Counted from the stretch's first letter, positions 1-10,001 are shown. The stretch is 64,000 nt of DNA from an uncultured Candidatus Binatia bacterium (GCA_965242525.1 OZ251459.1:3264001-3328000); one strand, 5' to 3'. Notes: a model not told the origin generated them from the sequence alone. Made by a program: numbers and translations.

Positions 1-2
1 CT

Positions 3-1025
3 TTGACCTCGCGCATCAAGGTCCTGGCGGGTCTCGACATCGCCGAGCACCGCTTGCCCCAGGACGGACGGCTGAAGCTGACGGCCGACGGGCGCGAAGT
101 GGATATACGGGTCTCGGTGCTGCCGACCCTGTTCGGGGAGAAGGTGGTCCTGCGGCTCCTGGACCGGTCCGACCTCGTGACGAGCCTCGCCGGGCTGGAC
201 CTGGAAGCGCGGGACCGGGAGCGCTTCGTGGAGGCCATGCACAAGACCGCGGGCATGATCCTGCTCACGGGGCCTACCGGAAGCGGCAAGTCCACCACCC
301 TCTACGGCATGTTGTCGGAGCTCAACCGGCCGGGGGTGAACATCTCCACCGCGGAGGACCCCATCGAGTACCACCTCGCGGGCATCAACCAGGTCCAGAC
401 CCACGGGGAGATCGGCCTCTCCTTCGCCGCCTGCCTGCGGGCGTTCCTGCGCCAGGACCCGGACGTCATCATGGTGGGCGAGATCCGGGACGCCGAGACC
501 GCCCGGATCGCGGTCAACGCCGCCCTCACGGGCCATCGGGTGCTCACCACCCTGCACACCAACGACGCGCCGTCCAGCGTGCACCGGCTCACGGACATGG
601 GCGTGGAGCCCTACCTCATCGCGTCGTCCGTCACCATGGTCGCGGCCCAGCGCCTGCTGCGGCGGGTGTGCGACCGGTGCAGGGTGCGCGAGGACTACCA
701 GCCGGGGATGCTCACGGCGCCGGGCCGTCGAGCGGAAGACGTGCGCGACGTGGCGGGGTTCCGCGGCGAAGGCTGCCCCGAATGCCACCACACCGGCTAC
801 CGGGGCCGGGTCGCCATCTACGAGATCATGCCCCTGTGCGACGACCTCAAGAGGATGATCCTCGGCGGCGGCGGCGCCGCGGAGCTCAAGTCCGCGGCCA
901 TGGGGAAGGGCATGCTGACCCTGCGCCAGGCGGCGCTGGAAAAGGTGCGGCGAGGGGTCACCACCATCGAGGAGGCCCTGCGGGTGACGGAGCCGGACCC
1001 CGCCGGCGCAAGCGGCCGGCCATGA
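3..1025 (+). CDS. pilB: Type IV pilus/T2SS assembly ATPase (PilB/GspE), 5'-truncated by window edge
   Basis: RLPQDGR, Walker A GPTGSGKST, TAEDPIEY, RQDPDVIMVGEIRD, TLHTND, CxxC..CxxC. Confidence 0.95.
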   Translation: MTSRIKVLAGLDIAEHRLPQDGRLKLTADGREVDIRVSVLPTLFGEKVVLRLLDRSDLVTSLAGLDLEARDRERFVEAMHKTAGMILLTGPTGSGKSTTLYGMLSELNRPGVNISTAEDPIEYHLAGINQVQTHGEIGLSFAACLRAFLRQDPDVIMVGEIRDAETARIAVNAALTGHRVLTTLHTNDAPSSVHRLTDMGVEPYLIASSVTMVAAQRLLRRVCDRCRVREDYQPGMLTAPGRRAEDVRDVAGFRGEGCPECHHTGYRGRVAIYEIMPLCDDLKRMILGGGGAAELKSAAMGKGMLTLRQAALEKVRRGVTTIEEALRVTEPDPAGASGRP

Positions 1026-1115
1026 ACGGAAGGCGCTCCATTCCCCGTTCGCGGCCCGCGGGTCCCGGAAAAGCCGGAGGCGGCCGCGGCTTCCCGTCCT
1101 TGGCGGACTGATCCC

Positions 1116-2327
1116 ATGGCGCTCTACAGGTGGCAGGGCAGGAACCGGCAGGGACGGCTGCTCCGGGGGGAGATGGAGGCCGCGGACCGAGCCGCGGTGC
1201 TGGCCGAACTGCGCCGGCGCAGGATCCGGCCGCGGCCGTCGAGCATACGGGAGAAGGGCGCGGGACTCCGGCGGGAGCTCGCGTTCGCGCCCAGGGTCGG
1301 CGCCGACGACATCGTGGTGTTGACGCGGAACTTCGGCGTGATGATCGAGGCCGGGGTGCCCATCGTCGAATGCCTCCAGGTCCTCACCGACCAGACCGGG
1401 AACCCGGCGGTCAGGCAGGCGGTCCAGAAGGTCCGGCTCGACGTGTCCAACGGCATGGCCCTGGCCGCGGCCCTGTCGAAGCATCCAAGGCTGTTCGACA
1501 CCGTGTTCGTCCGCATGGTGGCGGCCGGCGAGGCGGGGGGCGTCCTGCCGCAGATCCTCGCCCGCCTGGCCCTCTTCATCGAGCGGTCGGCCCGGCTCAA
1601 GCGGACGGTGAAGACCGCCATGATCTATCCCTCCACCGTCGTCCTGACGGCCGTCCTGGTGGTGGCGGTGCTCCTCCTCTACGTGATCCCGGTGTTCGCG
1701 GAAGTCTATGAGGGCATGGGCAAGACGCTCCCGCCCCTGACCGAGGCGACCGTGGCCCTGAGCCGCTGGCTGTACGACTACTGCCTGTGGCTCCTCGGGG
1801 GCCTGCTCGCGGTCGCCGCCGCCGCCTGGAGCGCGTTTCGCACCGAGGGCGGCCTTCGGGCCCTCCACGGGTGGCTGTTGCGGCTTCCGCTGGTGGGGGA
1901 GGTCCTGCGCAAGGCCGCCATCGCCCGCTTCGGGCACAACACGGGCCTCCTGCTGCAGTCCGGGGTGACGCTGCTGGACAGCCTGGGCATCACCGCGGGG
2001 ACCACCGGCAACAAGGTCCTGGAGCAGGCGGTCATGGAGACCCGGGAAGGCCTCGAACGAGGGATGCCCCTGGCCGAGCTCCTGGCCGCCAGCGGGCTGT
2101 TCCCGGCGCTGGTGTGCCACATGGTCGCGGTCGGGGAAAGCATCGGCGCCCTGGACACGATGCTCAACCGGGTAGCGGCTTTCTACGAGGAAGAAGTCGA
2201 TCGTACGGTGGCCCGGCTCACCGCGCTCATGGAGCCGGTCCTCATGATCGTCCTGGGGACCGTGCTCGGGGGCATCGTCATCTCCATGTACCTTCCGATC
2301 TTCCAGATCAGCAACCTGGTTCCATAG
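1116..2327 (+). CDS. pilC: Type IV pilus inner-membrane platform protein (PilC/GspF)
   Basis: Two GspF-like repeats (AGEAGGVL, VGESIGAL), MIYP, MYLPIF C-terminus; follows pilB. Confidence 0.95.
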   Translation: MALYRWQGRNRQGRLLRGEMEAADRAAVLAELRRRRIRPRPSSIREKGAGLRRELAFAPRVGADDIVVLTRNFGVMIEAGVPIVECLQVLTDQTGNPAVRQAVQKVRLDVSNGMALAAALSKHPRLFDTVFVRMVAAGEAGGVLPQILARLALFIERSARLKRTVKTAMIYPSTVVLTAVLVVAVLLLYVIPVFAEVYEGMGKTLPPLTEATVALSRWLYDYCLWLLGGLLAVAAAAWSAFRTEGGLRALHGWLLRLPLVGEVLRKAAIARFGHNTGLLLQSGVTLLDSLGITAGTTGNKVLEQAVMETREGLERGMPLAELLAASGLFPALVCHMVAVGESIGALDTMLNRVAAFYEEEVDRTVARLTALMEPVLMIVLGTVLGGIVISMYLPIFQISNLVP

Positions 2328-2338
2328 GAGTTCGGCCC

Positions 2339-2806
2339 ATGAGGACCACGATACGCATCCCCGACGAGGCCCGGGAGACCGGCGCATCCGTTGACGCAGG
2401 GGCGTCCTCCGCCCATGTCCGCAAGAGGGCCGGGACGGCCGGCTTCACCTTGATCGAGTTGCTGGTGGTCATCGCGGTCATCGGGATCCTCGCGTCCATC
2501 GCCATCCCGCAGTTCGATTCCTACCGCCGCAAGGGCTTCGACGCCGACGTCCAGGCCAACGCGAGGAACATGGCCATCTCCCAGGAGGCGTACTTCGTGG
2601 ACAACAACACCTACACGAAGAACGTCCCCGACCTGAAAAACTTCGGCTACGTAGAGAGCTCGAACGTGAAAGCGGAGATCCCGACGGGAAACGCCACCAC
2701 GTTCGAGGTCAAGGCATCGGCGAAAACCGGATGCAAGACGAAAACCGGGGTCGCCACCTACGACCAGTCCACCGGCCAGATCACCCTGGTGAAGTGCGCG
2801 CCGTAG
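2339..2806 (+). CDS. pilA: Type IV prepilin
   Basis: G|FTLIELLVVIAVIGILASIAIP methylation motif, C-terminal Cys pair, AGGAG RBS before ATG 2339. Confidence 0.88.
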   Translation: MRTTIRIPDEARETGASVDAGASSAHVRKRAGTAGFTLIELLVVIAVIGILASIAIPQFDSYRRKGFDADVQANARNMAISQEAYFVDNNTYTKNVPDLKNFGYVESSNVKAEIPTGNATTFEVKASAKTGCKTKTGVATYDQSTGQITLVKCAP

Positions 2807-2823
2807 GGAGTGGACGGAGCGGG

Positions 2824-3051
2824 CTATCCGGCCGGCTCGTCGACCGGCGTCGGGAGGGGGTTCTTGTCTTCCTTGATGAAGTCGAAGAGCAGCCTCGGGA
2901 CCGCGTTGCATTGGATGCAGCGCGGGGATTTGGGCCGGTTCCCGTCCGGGTAGAGCATGTTCTTCAGGTAGAAGGGCTTCTCGGTGCCGACGTAACCTTC
3001 GTAGTAGAACGCCAGCTTGCCGCACTCGCTGCACTCCAGGTACTTCGCCAT
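2824..3051 (-). CDS. Small putative zinc-binding protein (75 aa)
   Basis: MAKYLECSECGK...CIQC; GAAGGA RBS; directly downstream of the dioxygenase; host-like codons. Confidence 0.7.
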   Translation of the reverse strand: MAKYLECSECGKLAFYYEGYVGTEKPFYLKNMLYPDGNRPKSPRCIQCNAVPRLLFDFIKEDKNPLPTPVDEPAG

Positions 3052-3062
3052 GCTTCGTCCTT

Positions 3063-4133
3063 CTAGGCTTCGAAGACCGTGGTGATCTCCTGATGGCCGT
3101 GGTTTTCCGTATAGCCTTCCTCGCGGTAGAGGCCAAGGGCCTTCATCACCGGGGCGTCGTGGATGGCGAACAGGATGGCCTCGTCGTCGGTCTCGTTGGC
3201 GTGCTCGTGCCAACTCCAGGGGGGCGCCACGAAGAAGTCCCCCTGCTCCCAGTCGAAGCGCCGGCCGTCGATCACCGAGTAGCCCCGGCCCGCGAAGGCC
3301 AGATAGACCGAGCTCTGGACCTGCCGGTGGGCGCGGGTGCGGACTCCGGGCCGGATCATCTGCACGGTGCAGCTCATGGTGGGCAGGACCGGGCCTCCGG
3401 TCCGGGGGTTCAGGTACTCGAAACAGACGTCGTCGTGGGGGCTTGCCGCGCCTTCCCCGATCCGCTTCAGGGCGTCGTAGGTGGGCTCCCACTTGAAGTT
3501 CAGCAGCGGGGAGCGGTCTTCCCGCGTTTCCTCCCAGGTGGGGCGAAGGTGGGCCGCGCCGAACTTCCGCTCCGATTCGTTCACGTGGGCCACCGCGAAC
3601 CGGTGGTCCGGGTACGGCTCGAAGAACGCGGCGTCCAGGTCGCCCACCAGCGGCAGGTCGAGCCCGTCCATCCAGATCATGGGAGCGTCGGATTCGCAGC
3701 CGTGGTCGTGCCAGTCCCAACTCGGCGTGAGCACCAAGTCCCCCCGGCTCATGACGCACTTGTCGCCGTTGACGTTGGTGTAGGTGCGGTCGCCCTCGAT
3801 GACGAAGCGGATGGCCGACGGGGAATGCCGGTGGCAGGGAGCGACCTCTCCCGGCTTGACGATCTGCACCGCGGCCCACAGGGTCCGGGTGGCCGCGGGC
3901 TTGCCCCCCAGCCCCGGGTTGACCAGCCCCAGGACCCGGCGTTCTCCCCCCCGCTCGATGGGAACGAGGTCCCCGGCCCGGAAGGCCAGCCGGCGAAGGT
4001 CGGCCCAGCGCCACAGGTGCGCCTCGACCGGGGTCCGCGGCTCTGCGGGCAGCAGGTCCCGGGTCACGTTCCACAGGGGCACGAGATGCTTCTCATCGAC
4101 TTCCCGGTAGAATGTCTCGGCGTCCGTGTTCAT
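3063..4133 (-). CDS. Gentisate 1,2-dioxygenase-like bicupin
   Basis: GGERRVLGLVNPGL, APCHRHSPSAIRF, WDWHDH, second cupin WSWHEH. Confidence 0.9.
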   Translation of the reverse strand: MNTDAETFYREVDEKHLVPLWNVTRDLLPAEPRTPVEAHLWRWADLRRLAFRAGDLVPIERGGERRVLGLVNPGLGGKPAATRTLWAAVQIVKPGEVAPCHRHSPSAIRFVIEGDRTYTNVNGDKCVMSRGDLVLTPSWDWHDHGCESDAPMIWMDGLDLPLVGDLDAAFFEPYPDHRFAVAHVNESERKFGAAHLRPTWEETREDRSPLLNFKWEPTYDALKRIGEGAASPHDDVCFEYLNPRTGGPVLPTMSCTVQMIRPGVRTRAHRQVQSSVYLAFAGRGYSVIDGRRFDWEQGDFFVAPPWSWHEHANETDDEAILFAIHDAPVMKALGLYREEGYTENHGHQEITTVFEA

Positions 4134-4278
4134 GCGGATAGCCCTCGCGGTGGAGCACTGGGTCGAAGCACTGAGGCTCACTTTAGACGCAAGGGCGTCA
4201 GGCAGTCAAAGGGGGAGGGCATGGCCGGAGTAACGGGCGCATGCCTCGCCTCGGGGCCGTGCGAGCTTCGAGCGCCTG

Positions 4279-5133
4279 TCATTCGCCTTCCACCGTGACG
4301 TAAGGCGCGATCTTCTCGAGTTTCTTCGGACCGATTCCGCGGACCTTGAGCAGGTCTCGCGTGGTCCTGTAGGGCCGGCCGGCGATGATCCTCTTGGCGG
4401 TCGCCGGGCCGATGCCGGAAATCCGTTGCAGTTGCTTGCCGGAGGCGGTGTTGAGGTCGATGGGCCGTTCGAGGCCGGCGGTCTTCTCCAGGCTCTTGCG
4501 AAGCGCGGTCTTCCGGCCGGCTTCCTCCCGTTGCTGCCGGCGCAGCGCGACCATGCGCTCCGGGTCACTGGACCGCCACATCCCCGCGCGCTTCAGCATC
4601 GCCATGTCGCGCAAGTCCCGGAGCTCGTGCAGCATGGCCTTGCTCGGCGTTCCGCCGGGTCCTGTCCGGGTCTTGCCGTGGATCCGGGCCAGACCGTGGG
4701 CCACCAGCAGGCCGCCGAGGTCACGGCCGTCATGGGTCTCGACGAACGCGTAGTAACGGCCCATGGCCGAGCGCCCCGGCGCCATGGCGTAGCCGGTATG
4801 GACGGTGAACGGCTCGGACAACGCCTGCTTCGTGAACTCGGCGGCCGCTTCCCCGTACTCCAGCACGGCTTGCGGATCCGCGAGGCCGAAGTGGCGCTGT
4901 TGCTCGATGATCCGATCGACTTCGCTGTTGGAGCCGGCAGCGGTCTCCAGGCAATCCACGTAATAGAGCCGCAGGTGGAGCCTGCGCCCCCCGGCATCCA
5001 CCACGAAGCTGTCGCCGTCGTTGGAGTCCGATTCGACCAGCGTGGCCCCCGGTATGGAGGCCAGCTCTGCCGCGGATACGGGAAACGCCGTAAAGCAGAG
5101 CAGGAACAGGGCGAGGCCCAGGCGCCTTCTCAT
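4279..5133 (-). CDS. Secreted thermonuclease (SNase-like) fused to ComEA-type helix-hairpin-helix domain
   Basis: Signal peptide from MRRRLGLA; DGDSF..RLYYVDCLET; C-terminal IDLNTAS..LQRISGIGPATAKRII..VRGIGPK. Alternative start 5196. Confidence 0.82.
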   Translation of the reverse strand: MRRRLGLALFLLCFTAFPVSAAELASIPGATLVESDSNDGDSFVVDAGGRRLHLRLYYVDCLETAAGSNSEVDRIIEQQRHFGLADPQAVLEYGEAAAEFTKQALSEPFTVHTGYAMAPGRSAMGRYYAFVETHDGRDLGGLLVAHGLARIHGKTRTGPGGTPSKAMLHELRDLRDMAMLKRAGMWRSSDPERMVALRRQQREEAGRKTALRKSLEKTAGLERPIDLNTASGKQLQRISGIGPATAKRIIAGRPYRTTRDLLKVRGIGPKKLEKIAPYVTVEGE

Positions 5134-5192
5134 GGCGGAGGCGTTCCCGGACCGGGCTTCGATCTGTGGCGGATACCAGTTCATGGGGACCT

Positions 5193-7535
5193 TCAAAAGC
5201 CGGAAGAGCCTCTTTCTTCTACCGGCGCCAGGCTCGACGCGATAACGGTTTCATACTTCCCGCAGAGTTCGGCCGTGTAATCCTGAAGCGCGGTTGCCGC
5301 CGGAATCTTTACCGGAGCCAGCCTTTCAGGGGTGATCTTCCTTCCGTAGTTGTAACGCCAACGCTCGCCCCGGATTGCCGACGCAACGAGGAAAAGCTCG
5401 CTTACGGCCATGTCGTGTCTCGGAAGCAGCACCAGGCAATCGGAATTGGGGGCGCATGGCTCCAGTTGGACGAAAGCCTCGCCTATGCTTCCGGTCCGCG
5501 CCACCGTGATGAACGGCGGCTGCAAGACCCTGTGGAATTCGAGCCATCCGTAGCAGCCATTGTAACCTTCCCGCGGTGAAATGATGAGTGTTTTGCCCGG
5601 AGGGATGTCGTTTCTCGACTCGATCTCGCTGAGTCCGTAGTAGATGTCGAAATCCCTCCCTACCTCGCCGGAGGCTCCGCGTATGCCCATTGCGTTCCGT
5701 CTCTTTATGGGGCTCACGATGTCTCGATAGGAAACCTGTTCGATCTCTCCCGCCTCGATTGCCCGGCGTTGACCGATGATCTCCGGCGCATACCGAGTAT
5801 AGAACGCCGCCAAACGCCTCACCAGGACATCCACGGCCTGTTTCAGTTCCTTTTCCGTCTGCTCTGCGGGTTCGATGTACGCACCTGCCCCCCACTCCAT
5901 TCCCGGTCGTATGCGAGCCGTTCCGGAAAAACCAGGTTGGTCCGCCGGGTTCAGCAGCACGTCGAGGACCCGAGGAACCTGGTTGGGGCCGCGTTCCACT
6001 CGTACATTCTTGTGCAGGGAAAAACCGTCGTGCGACAACCGCACGAACGTCGTCTTGCGTTGCGGATTGTGGGGAACGCCTTTTTCCAGAAGGACGAAGG
6101 AAGTGGTGGCCGATGCGAACGGCTGGAACAGCTCGTCCGGCAGTTGGCACAATGCGTGGAGGGTATGCTTCTCCAGCAGGCCGTCACGCCAAGTGCTTGG
6201 TTTGACAAGTAGGCCGGTAGGCAGAATCACCGCCAGTTTGCCTCGCGCCTCGAGGCCCTCCAGCGCCCTATCGACGAAAGCCTCTATCGGCGTGTCCGTT
6301 TTCTTGTGGGGAAACGGGGGGTTCATCAGTCCGATGGAGGCCGTGTCGAAAGGAAACTCCCGCGAGGTCAGGCAGTCGGCCTTTGTAATGCCCGTTGACC
6401 CGTCGCCGCGAAAGATCATGTTCGCCACGCATAGGGCGGCCGTGATCGGCTCGTCTTCGAATCCGAGCAGATGGGTCTTCACGAAGTCGATCATTCGGGT
6501 CCGGGAAGCGTGCGTTTCCCGCAAAATGCGATCCATGCATGCTACCAGAAAGCCGCCGCTGCCGCAGGCCGGATCGAGTACAACATCCCTCTCCGAGACT
6601 TCACAGACATCAACCATGAGTCGAGCGATATGGCGAGGGGTGAAGTATTGGCCAATCGAGTTCCCGCCGGTATAGCGGAAGAAGGTCTCGTAAAGTTGCC
6701 CAAGGTAGTCATGTTCGGCCGTGAGCACCGTAACGTTGAGACGTTCCAGTATCATGGCTATCCGCCGGACCTTCTGCTTCAGGGCATTGTTCGCTTCATC
6801 GACCCTGATGCTTTGGGCAAGCTCCGGCTTGTCGGCTTTGAGGTAGGCGTCCTGACAGGAATCGTTGATGTCGCGGAGGATGTAGCGCGGATCGCGTCGA
6901 ATTGCGCCCCTGGAATGCCAAAGGGCCAGCATCGTGGCTGCAACGACCGCGGGACGATACTCGTCTTTCACCCGCGCTTCACGGAGAAGGCGGTTGATCT
7001 CGTCCGCCCTCTGGGCCAATACGTCGATGGGTGGAATCGTCGGACGTACTTCGGCAGGTCCGGCAGCAACGGCCAAAAGGCGGAGATCCGTCTGGTTCGG
7101 TATCCAGTTGATCGGATGGCCGTCATACGTCACGGGCGCCCAATCGTCGCCGGTCCATTTCCATACCTGAAGGTCGAATTCCGATTCATCGGTTCCGGCT
7201 ATGCCAACGGCGACGGGACAGAATCCTGCGGAAAGCAGGGCGCCGCCATAACCCCTGGCTTCCGATACGGCGTCCCCGATTGCAGTCATGTTTGCCTTCG
7301 CCTCGATCACGGCAAGGGGCATGCCGTTTTCCGTATCGACGAGGATCGCTTCCGGTACGCCATGTGCGCTACCGCTCTTGCTGGCTGCGGACAAGGCATC
7401 GAAAAGATCAGGGGCGTCTCTGTACTCGTTCTGGACATAGAGGTTGCCGAGAGGAGGTTTGCGCTCGTCCCATCCCTGGGACTTGAGGAAGTCGCCCAAC
7501 AGCCTCTCCGTCCGTCGTTCCGATTGCCTTCTCAT
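5193..7535 (-). CDS. Fused restriction-modification enzyme (type IIG-like: endonuclease + N6-adenine MTase + specificity region)
   Basis: PEAILVD..IEAK, GQYFTP, DPACGSGGFL (motif I), NPPF (motif IV), HsdS-like C-terminus; less GC-rich than flanks. Start chosen at MRRQSE. Confidence 0.85.
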   Translation of the reverse strand: MRRQSERRTERLLGDFLKSQGWDERKPPLGNLYVQNEYRDAPDLFDALSAASKSGSAHGVPEAILVDTENGMPLAVIEAKANMTAIGDAVSEARGYGGALLSAGFCPVAVGIAGTDESEFDLQVWKWTGDDWAPVTYDGHPINWIPNQTDLRLLAVAAGPAEVRPTIPPIDVLAQRADEINRLLREARVKDEYRPAVVAATMLALWHSRGAIRRDPRYILRDINDSCQDAYLKADKPELAQSIRVDEANNALKQKVRRIAMILERLNVTVLTAEHDYLGQLYETFFRYTGGNSIGQYFTPRHIARLMVDVCEVSERDVVLDPACGSGGFLVACMDRILRETHASRTRMIDFVKTHLLGFEDEPITAALCVANMIFRGDGSTGITKADCLTSREFPFDTASIGLMNPPFPHKKTDTPIEAFVDRALEGLEARGKLAVILPTGLLVKPSTWRDGLLEKHTLHALCQLPDELFQPFASATTSFVLLEKGVPHNPQRKTTFVRLSHDGFSLHKNVRVERGPNQVPRVLDVLLNPADQPGFSGTARIRPGMEWGAGAYIEPAEQTEKELKQAVDVLVRRLAAFYTRYAPEIIGQRRAIEAGEIEQVSYRDIVSPIKRRNAMGIRGASGEVGRDFDIYYGLSEIESRNDIPPGKTLIISPREGYNGCYGWLEFHRVLQPPFITVARTGSIGEAFVQLEPCAPNSDCLVLLPRHDMAVSELFLVASAIRGERWRYNYGRKITPERLAPVKIPAATALQDYTAELCGKYETVIASSLAPVEERGSSGF

Positions 7536-7780
7536 GTGACTTCCCTGCATCGGGCGCCGCTGCCGGGTCCGATGACGCAAGGGCTTCCCGGCTATCCCCG
7601 CAAGACGGCGGCCATATCCTCCAACGCAACCCCTCGAACCACCGGCGCGCCGCTCCCCCATCGGGAACCAACCCTCCCAACCCGATGAGCCGGGACCTCT
7701 GCATGACGCGCCAACGGTCTCAAGGGTATCAAAAATCGAGGATTTACACACTAGACAGGCAGCCTGCCTCCGGATGAGAG

Positions 7781-7819
7781 CGTCCTTCGACTTCGCTTCG
7801 CTACGCTCAGGACGAACGG
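7781..7819. repeat. Family A REP core
   Basis: CGTCCTTCGACTTCGCTTCGCTACGCTCAGGACGAACGG. Confidence 0.9.
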
Positions 7820-7871
7820 AGATAGAGGCTCTTCGGGACGAATGGGGTAGAGGCTCCTCATGACGGATAGG

Positions 7872-8024
7872 GGTAAAGCTCCCGCACGGCGTCCGGGGAA
7901 CCGGCGGTGGCGGTGATCGTGCTTCTCTCGTGGATGTAAAGCTCCCGCATGGCGTCCGGGGAATGGGGAGCCGCGGGGATGCAGGAGCACGTGGATGATG
8001 GCTTCCCGCACGGCGTCCGGCGCA
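7872..8024. repeat. Three degenerate ~28-bp direct repeats, ~63-bp period
   Basis: GTAAAGCTCCCGCAYGGCGTCCGGGGAA at 7873 and 7936, degenerate third copy near 7999. Confidence 0.7.
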
Positions 8025-8065
8025 TGGAGGGGACAACATGACCAACAGGCCCTTGGGAAACTCTA

Positions 8066-8171
8066 GGAACCTCTGAACAATTGAGAAATCCGGGATGGAT
8101 TCCCGATTCCCTCACCCTGACGCCCCTATCCCCGTTCGTCCTGAGCGTAGCGAAGCGAAGTCGAAGGACGC
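8066..8171. mobile_element. Family A MITE, partial
   Basis: GGAACCTCTGAACAAT end plus REP core; second end missing. Confidence 0.85.
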
Positions 8172-8316
8172 TCTTTCCCATAGGGAGGATCGCCTCAAGC
8201 CGGGATTGATCGGAGGTCGGTCCCCTTGCACGACAGGCCTCCCGCACCGCGTCCCGGGAATGCGGAAGGTCGGGGAGGCGGTTGACGCACGGACGGGGAA
8301 GGTCTAAGGAGACGCC

Positions 8317-9096
8317 ATGCCCTACTGTGCGGTCAACGGGGTCCGCATCCATTACGACGTGTCGGGGGAGGGCCTGCCCTTGGTGCTGGTCCACGCCAAC
8401 CCGTTCGACCGGCGGCTGTGGATGTACCAAGCGGCGCATTTCTCCACCTGGTTCAGGGTGGTCAACGTGGACATCCGGGGCTACGGTTACTCCGACAAGC
8501 CGGAGACCGGGACTTCCATGGAAGAGATGAGCGAAGAGGTGGCGGCGGTGTGCCGGCAGGAAGGGGTCCGGGAAGCCGTGGTCGCGGGCATCAGCGTGGG
8601 CGGCGTGATGGCGCTCCAGTTGGGGCTCGACCACCCCGAGCTGTCCGGGGCGCTCATCCTGGTGGGTTGCAGCAGCCGGCCTTCGGACGTTTACCGGCAC
8701 AGGATCGACGGATATACGCGGGGGGTCGCGGGGTTCCATCGGGAACACCTGGAGGACCTGGTGTCCCCGGAGTTCGCCGGGAGCAGGCTCGGCGGCTACC
8801 TGCTCGACCGTTTCACCGACTGGGACCCCAGGCTGAGCGGCGCCGCCATCGTGCAGGTCTTCAAGGCCCTGCAGGACCGGGACCAGACCCCGCGGCTGGG
8901 CGAGTTGCGCATGCCCGTGCTGGTGGTGAACGGCGAGTTCGACAACTCCCGCAAGCGCAGCGAAGAGATGGCCCGCAGGATCGACGGCGCAGTCCACCGG
9001 GTGGTTCCGGGCACGGGCCACGCCTGCTGCCTGGAGGACCCGGCGACCTTCGACGGCCACGTTCGCGAGTTCCTCGCGCAGCACGGCTATCTGTAG
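8317..9096 (+). CDS. Alpha/beta hydrolase
   Basis: DIRGYGYS, GISVGG nucleophile elbow, GTGHA; AAGGAG RBS. Confidence 0.93.
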   Translation: MPYCAVNGVRIHYDVSGEGLPLVLVHANPFDRRLWMYQAAHFSTWFRVVNVDIRGYGYSDKPETGTSMEEMSEEVAAVCRQEGVREAVVAGISVGGVMALQLGLDHPELSGALILVGCSSRPSDVYRHRIDGYTRGVAGFHREHLEDLVSPEFAGSRLGGYLLDRFTDWDPRLSGAAIVQVFKALQDRDQTPRLGELRMPVLVVNGEFDNSRKRSEEMARRIDGAVHRVVPGTGHACCLEDPATFDGHVREFLAQHGYL

Positions 9097-9337
9097 GAAC
9101 CTCTGAACAATCGGGACAGAGAGCATGAGCACGTCCTTCGACTCCGCTTCGCTACGCTCAGGACGAACGGGAATGGGGGCGTCAGGGTGAGGGAATCGGG
9201 AATCCATCCCGGATGTCCCGTTCGTTCAGGGGTTCCTGTAAAGGAAACCCTGAACGAACGCCCCCGTTCGTCCCGAGCATGGCAAAGTGAAGTCCCCCCG
9301 TTCGTCCTGAGCGTAGCGAAGCGGAGTCGAAGGACGC
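9096..9337. mobile_element. Family A MITE, full 141-bp copy (9096-9236) plus adjacent partial copy (9243-9337)
   Basis: GGAACCTCTGAACAATCGGGAC...GTCCCGTTCGTTCAGGGGTTCC terminal inverted repeats around the REP core. Confidence 0.88.
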
Positions 9338-9413
9338 TTTCCCACAGGCAGAGGGAGTTCGAGCCGGAAGTGATCCGAGGTTCCCGAACGAAACGACACA
9401 AGGAGGCAACGCC

Positions 9414-10001
9414 ATGGCAACCAGACTGTTCAACTCCAAGTTTTCGATGTTCTGCGAGAAGATCCGCATCGTCCTGGCCATGAAGAAGGTCCCCTACGAA
9501 GAGGTGGACGTCAAGGCGGACGACCGGAAGTCGCTGATCGAGTTCTCCCGCCAGAGGAAGGTCCCGACCATGGACTTCGACGGCCGCTGCATCCAGGACT
9601 CCACGGACTTGGCCAAGCACCTGGAGGACCTCTATCCCGAGCCGAGCATCTACCCGGACGCCCCCTCGGACAAGGGGCTGTGCCTGATGCTGGAGGACTG
9701 GGCCGACGAGGACCTGAACGGGGCGGTCATGCGCATCCGCCGGTCCGAGAAGGACGAGGACGTGAAGCGGGCCGAAGCGGAACTGGAGGTCCATCTCGGC
9801 AACCTGGACCTGCTATACGGCGGCAAGGACTACGTGTTCGGCAGGATGACGCTGGCGGACATCTCGATATACGCCCAGCTCCACTTCCTCTACACGGTCA
9901 TGGACCGGGAGATCGCCCCGAAGTACGCCAACGTCCACGCTTTCATGGCCCGGATGCTGAAGGCCACGGGGGCGGCGTCCCTCAAGGACGTGGCGGCGTA
10001 G
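9414..10001 (+). CDS. Glutathione S-transferase family protein
   Basis: SMFCEKIRIVL, KVP..IQDSTDL, MTLADI; AGGAGG RBS. Confidence 0.92.
   Translation: MATRLFNSKFSMFCEKIRIVLAMKKVPYEEVDVKADDRKSLIEFSRQRKVPTMDFDGRCIQDSTDLAKHLEDLYPEPSIYPDAPSDKGLCLMLEDWADEDLNGAVMRIRRSEKDEDVKRAEAELEVHLGNLDLLYGGKDYVFGRMTLADISIYAQLHFLYTVMDREIAPKYANVHAFMARMLKATGAASLKDVAA

Noticed and set aside
7536-8045. N-terminal extension of the R-M ORF to 950 aa
   Set aside because: It translates repeat DNA (VRPERSEAKSKDA is the family A core); recognisable protein begins near 7535-7550.
9087-9483. Small ORFs containing SPFVLSVAKRSRRT, LRLRFATLRTNG or MDSRFRGND (also near 10.9, 37.5, 40.0 and 43.1 kb)
   Set aside because: Translations of repeat families A and B, not independent genes.
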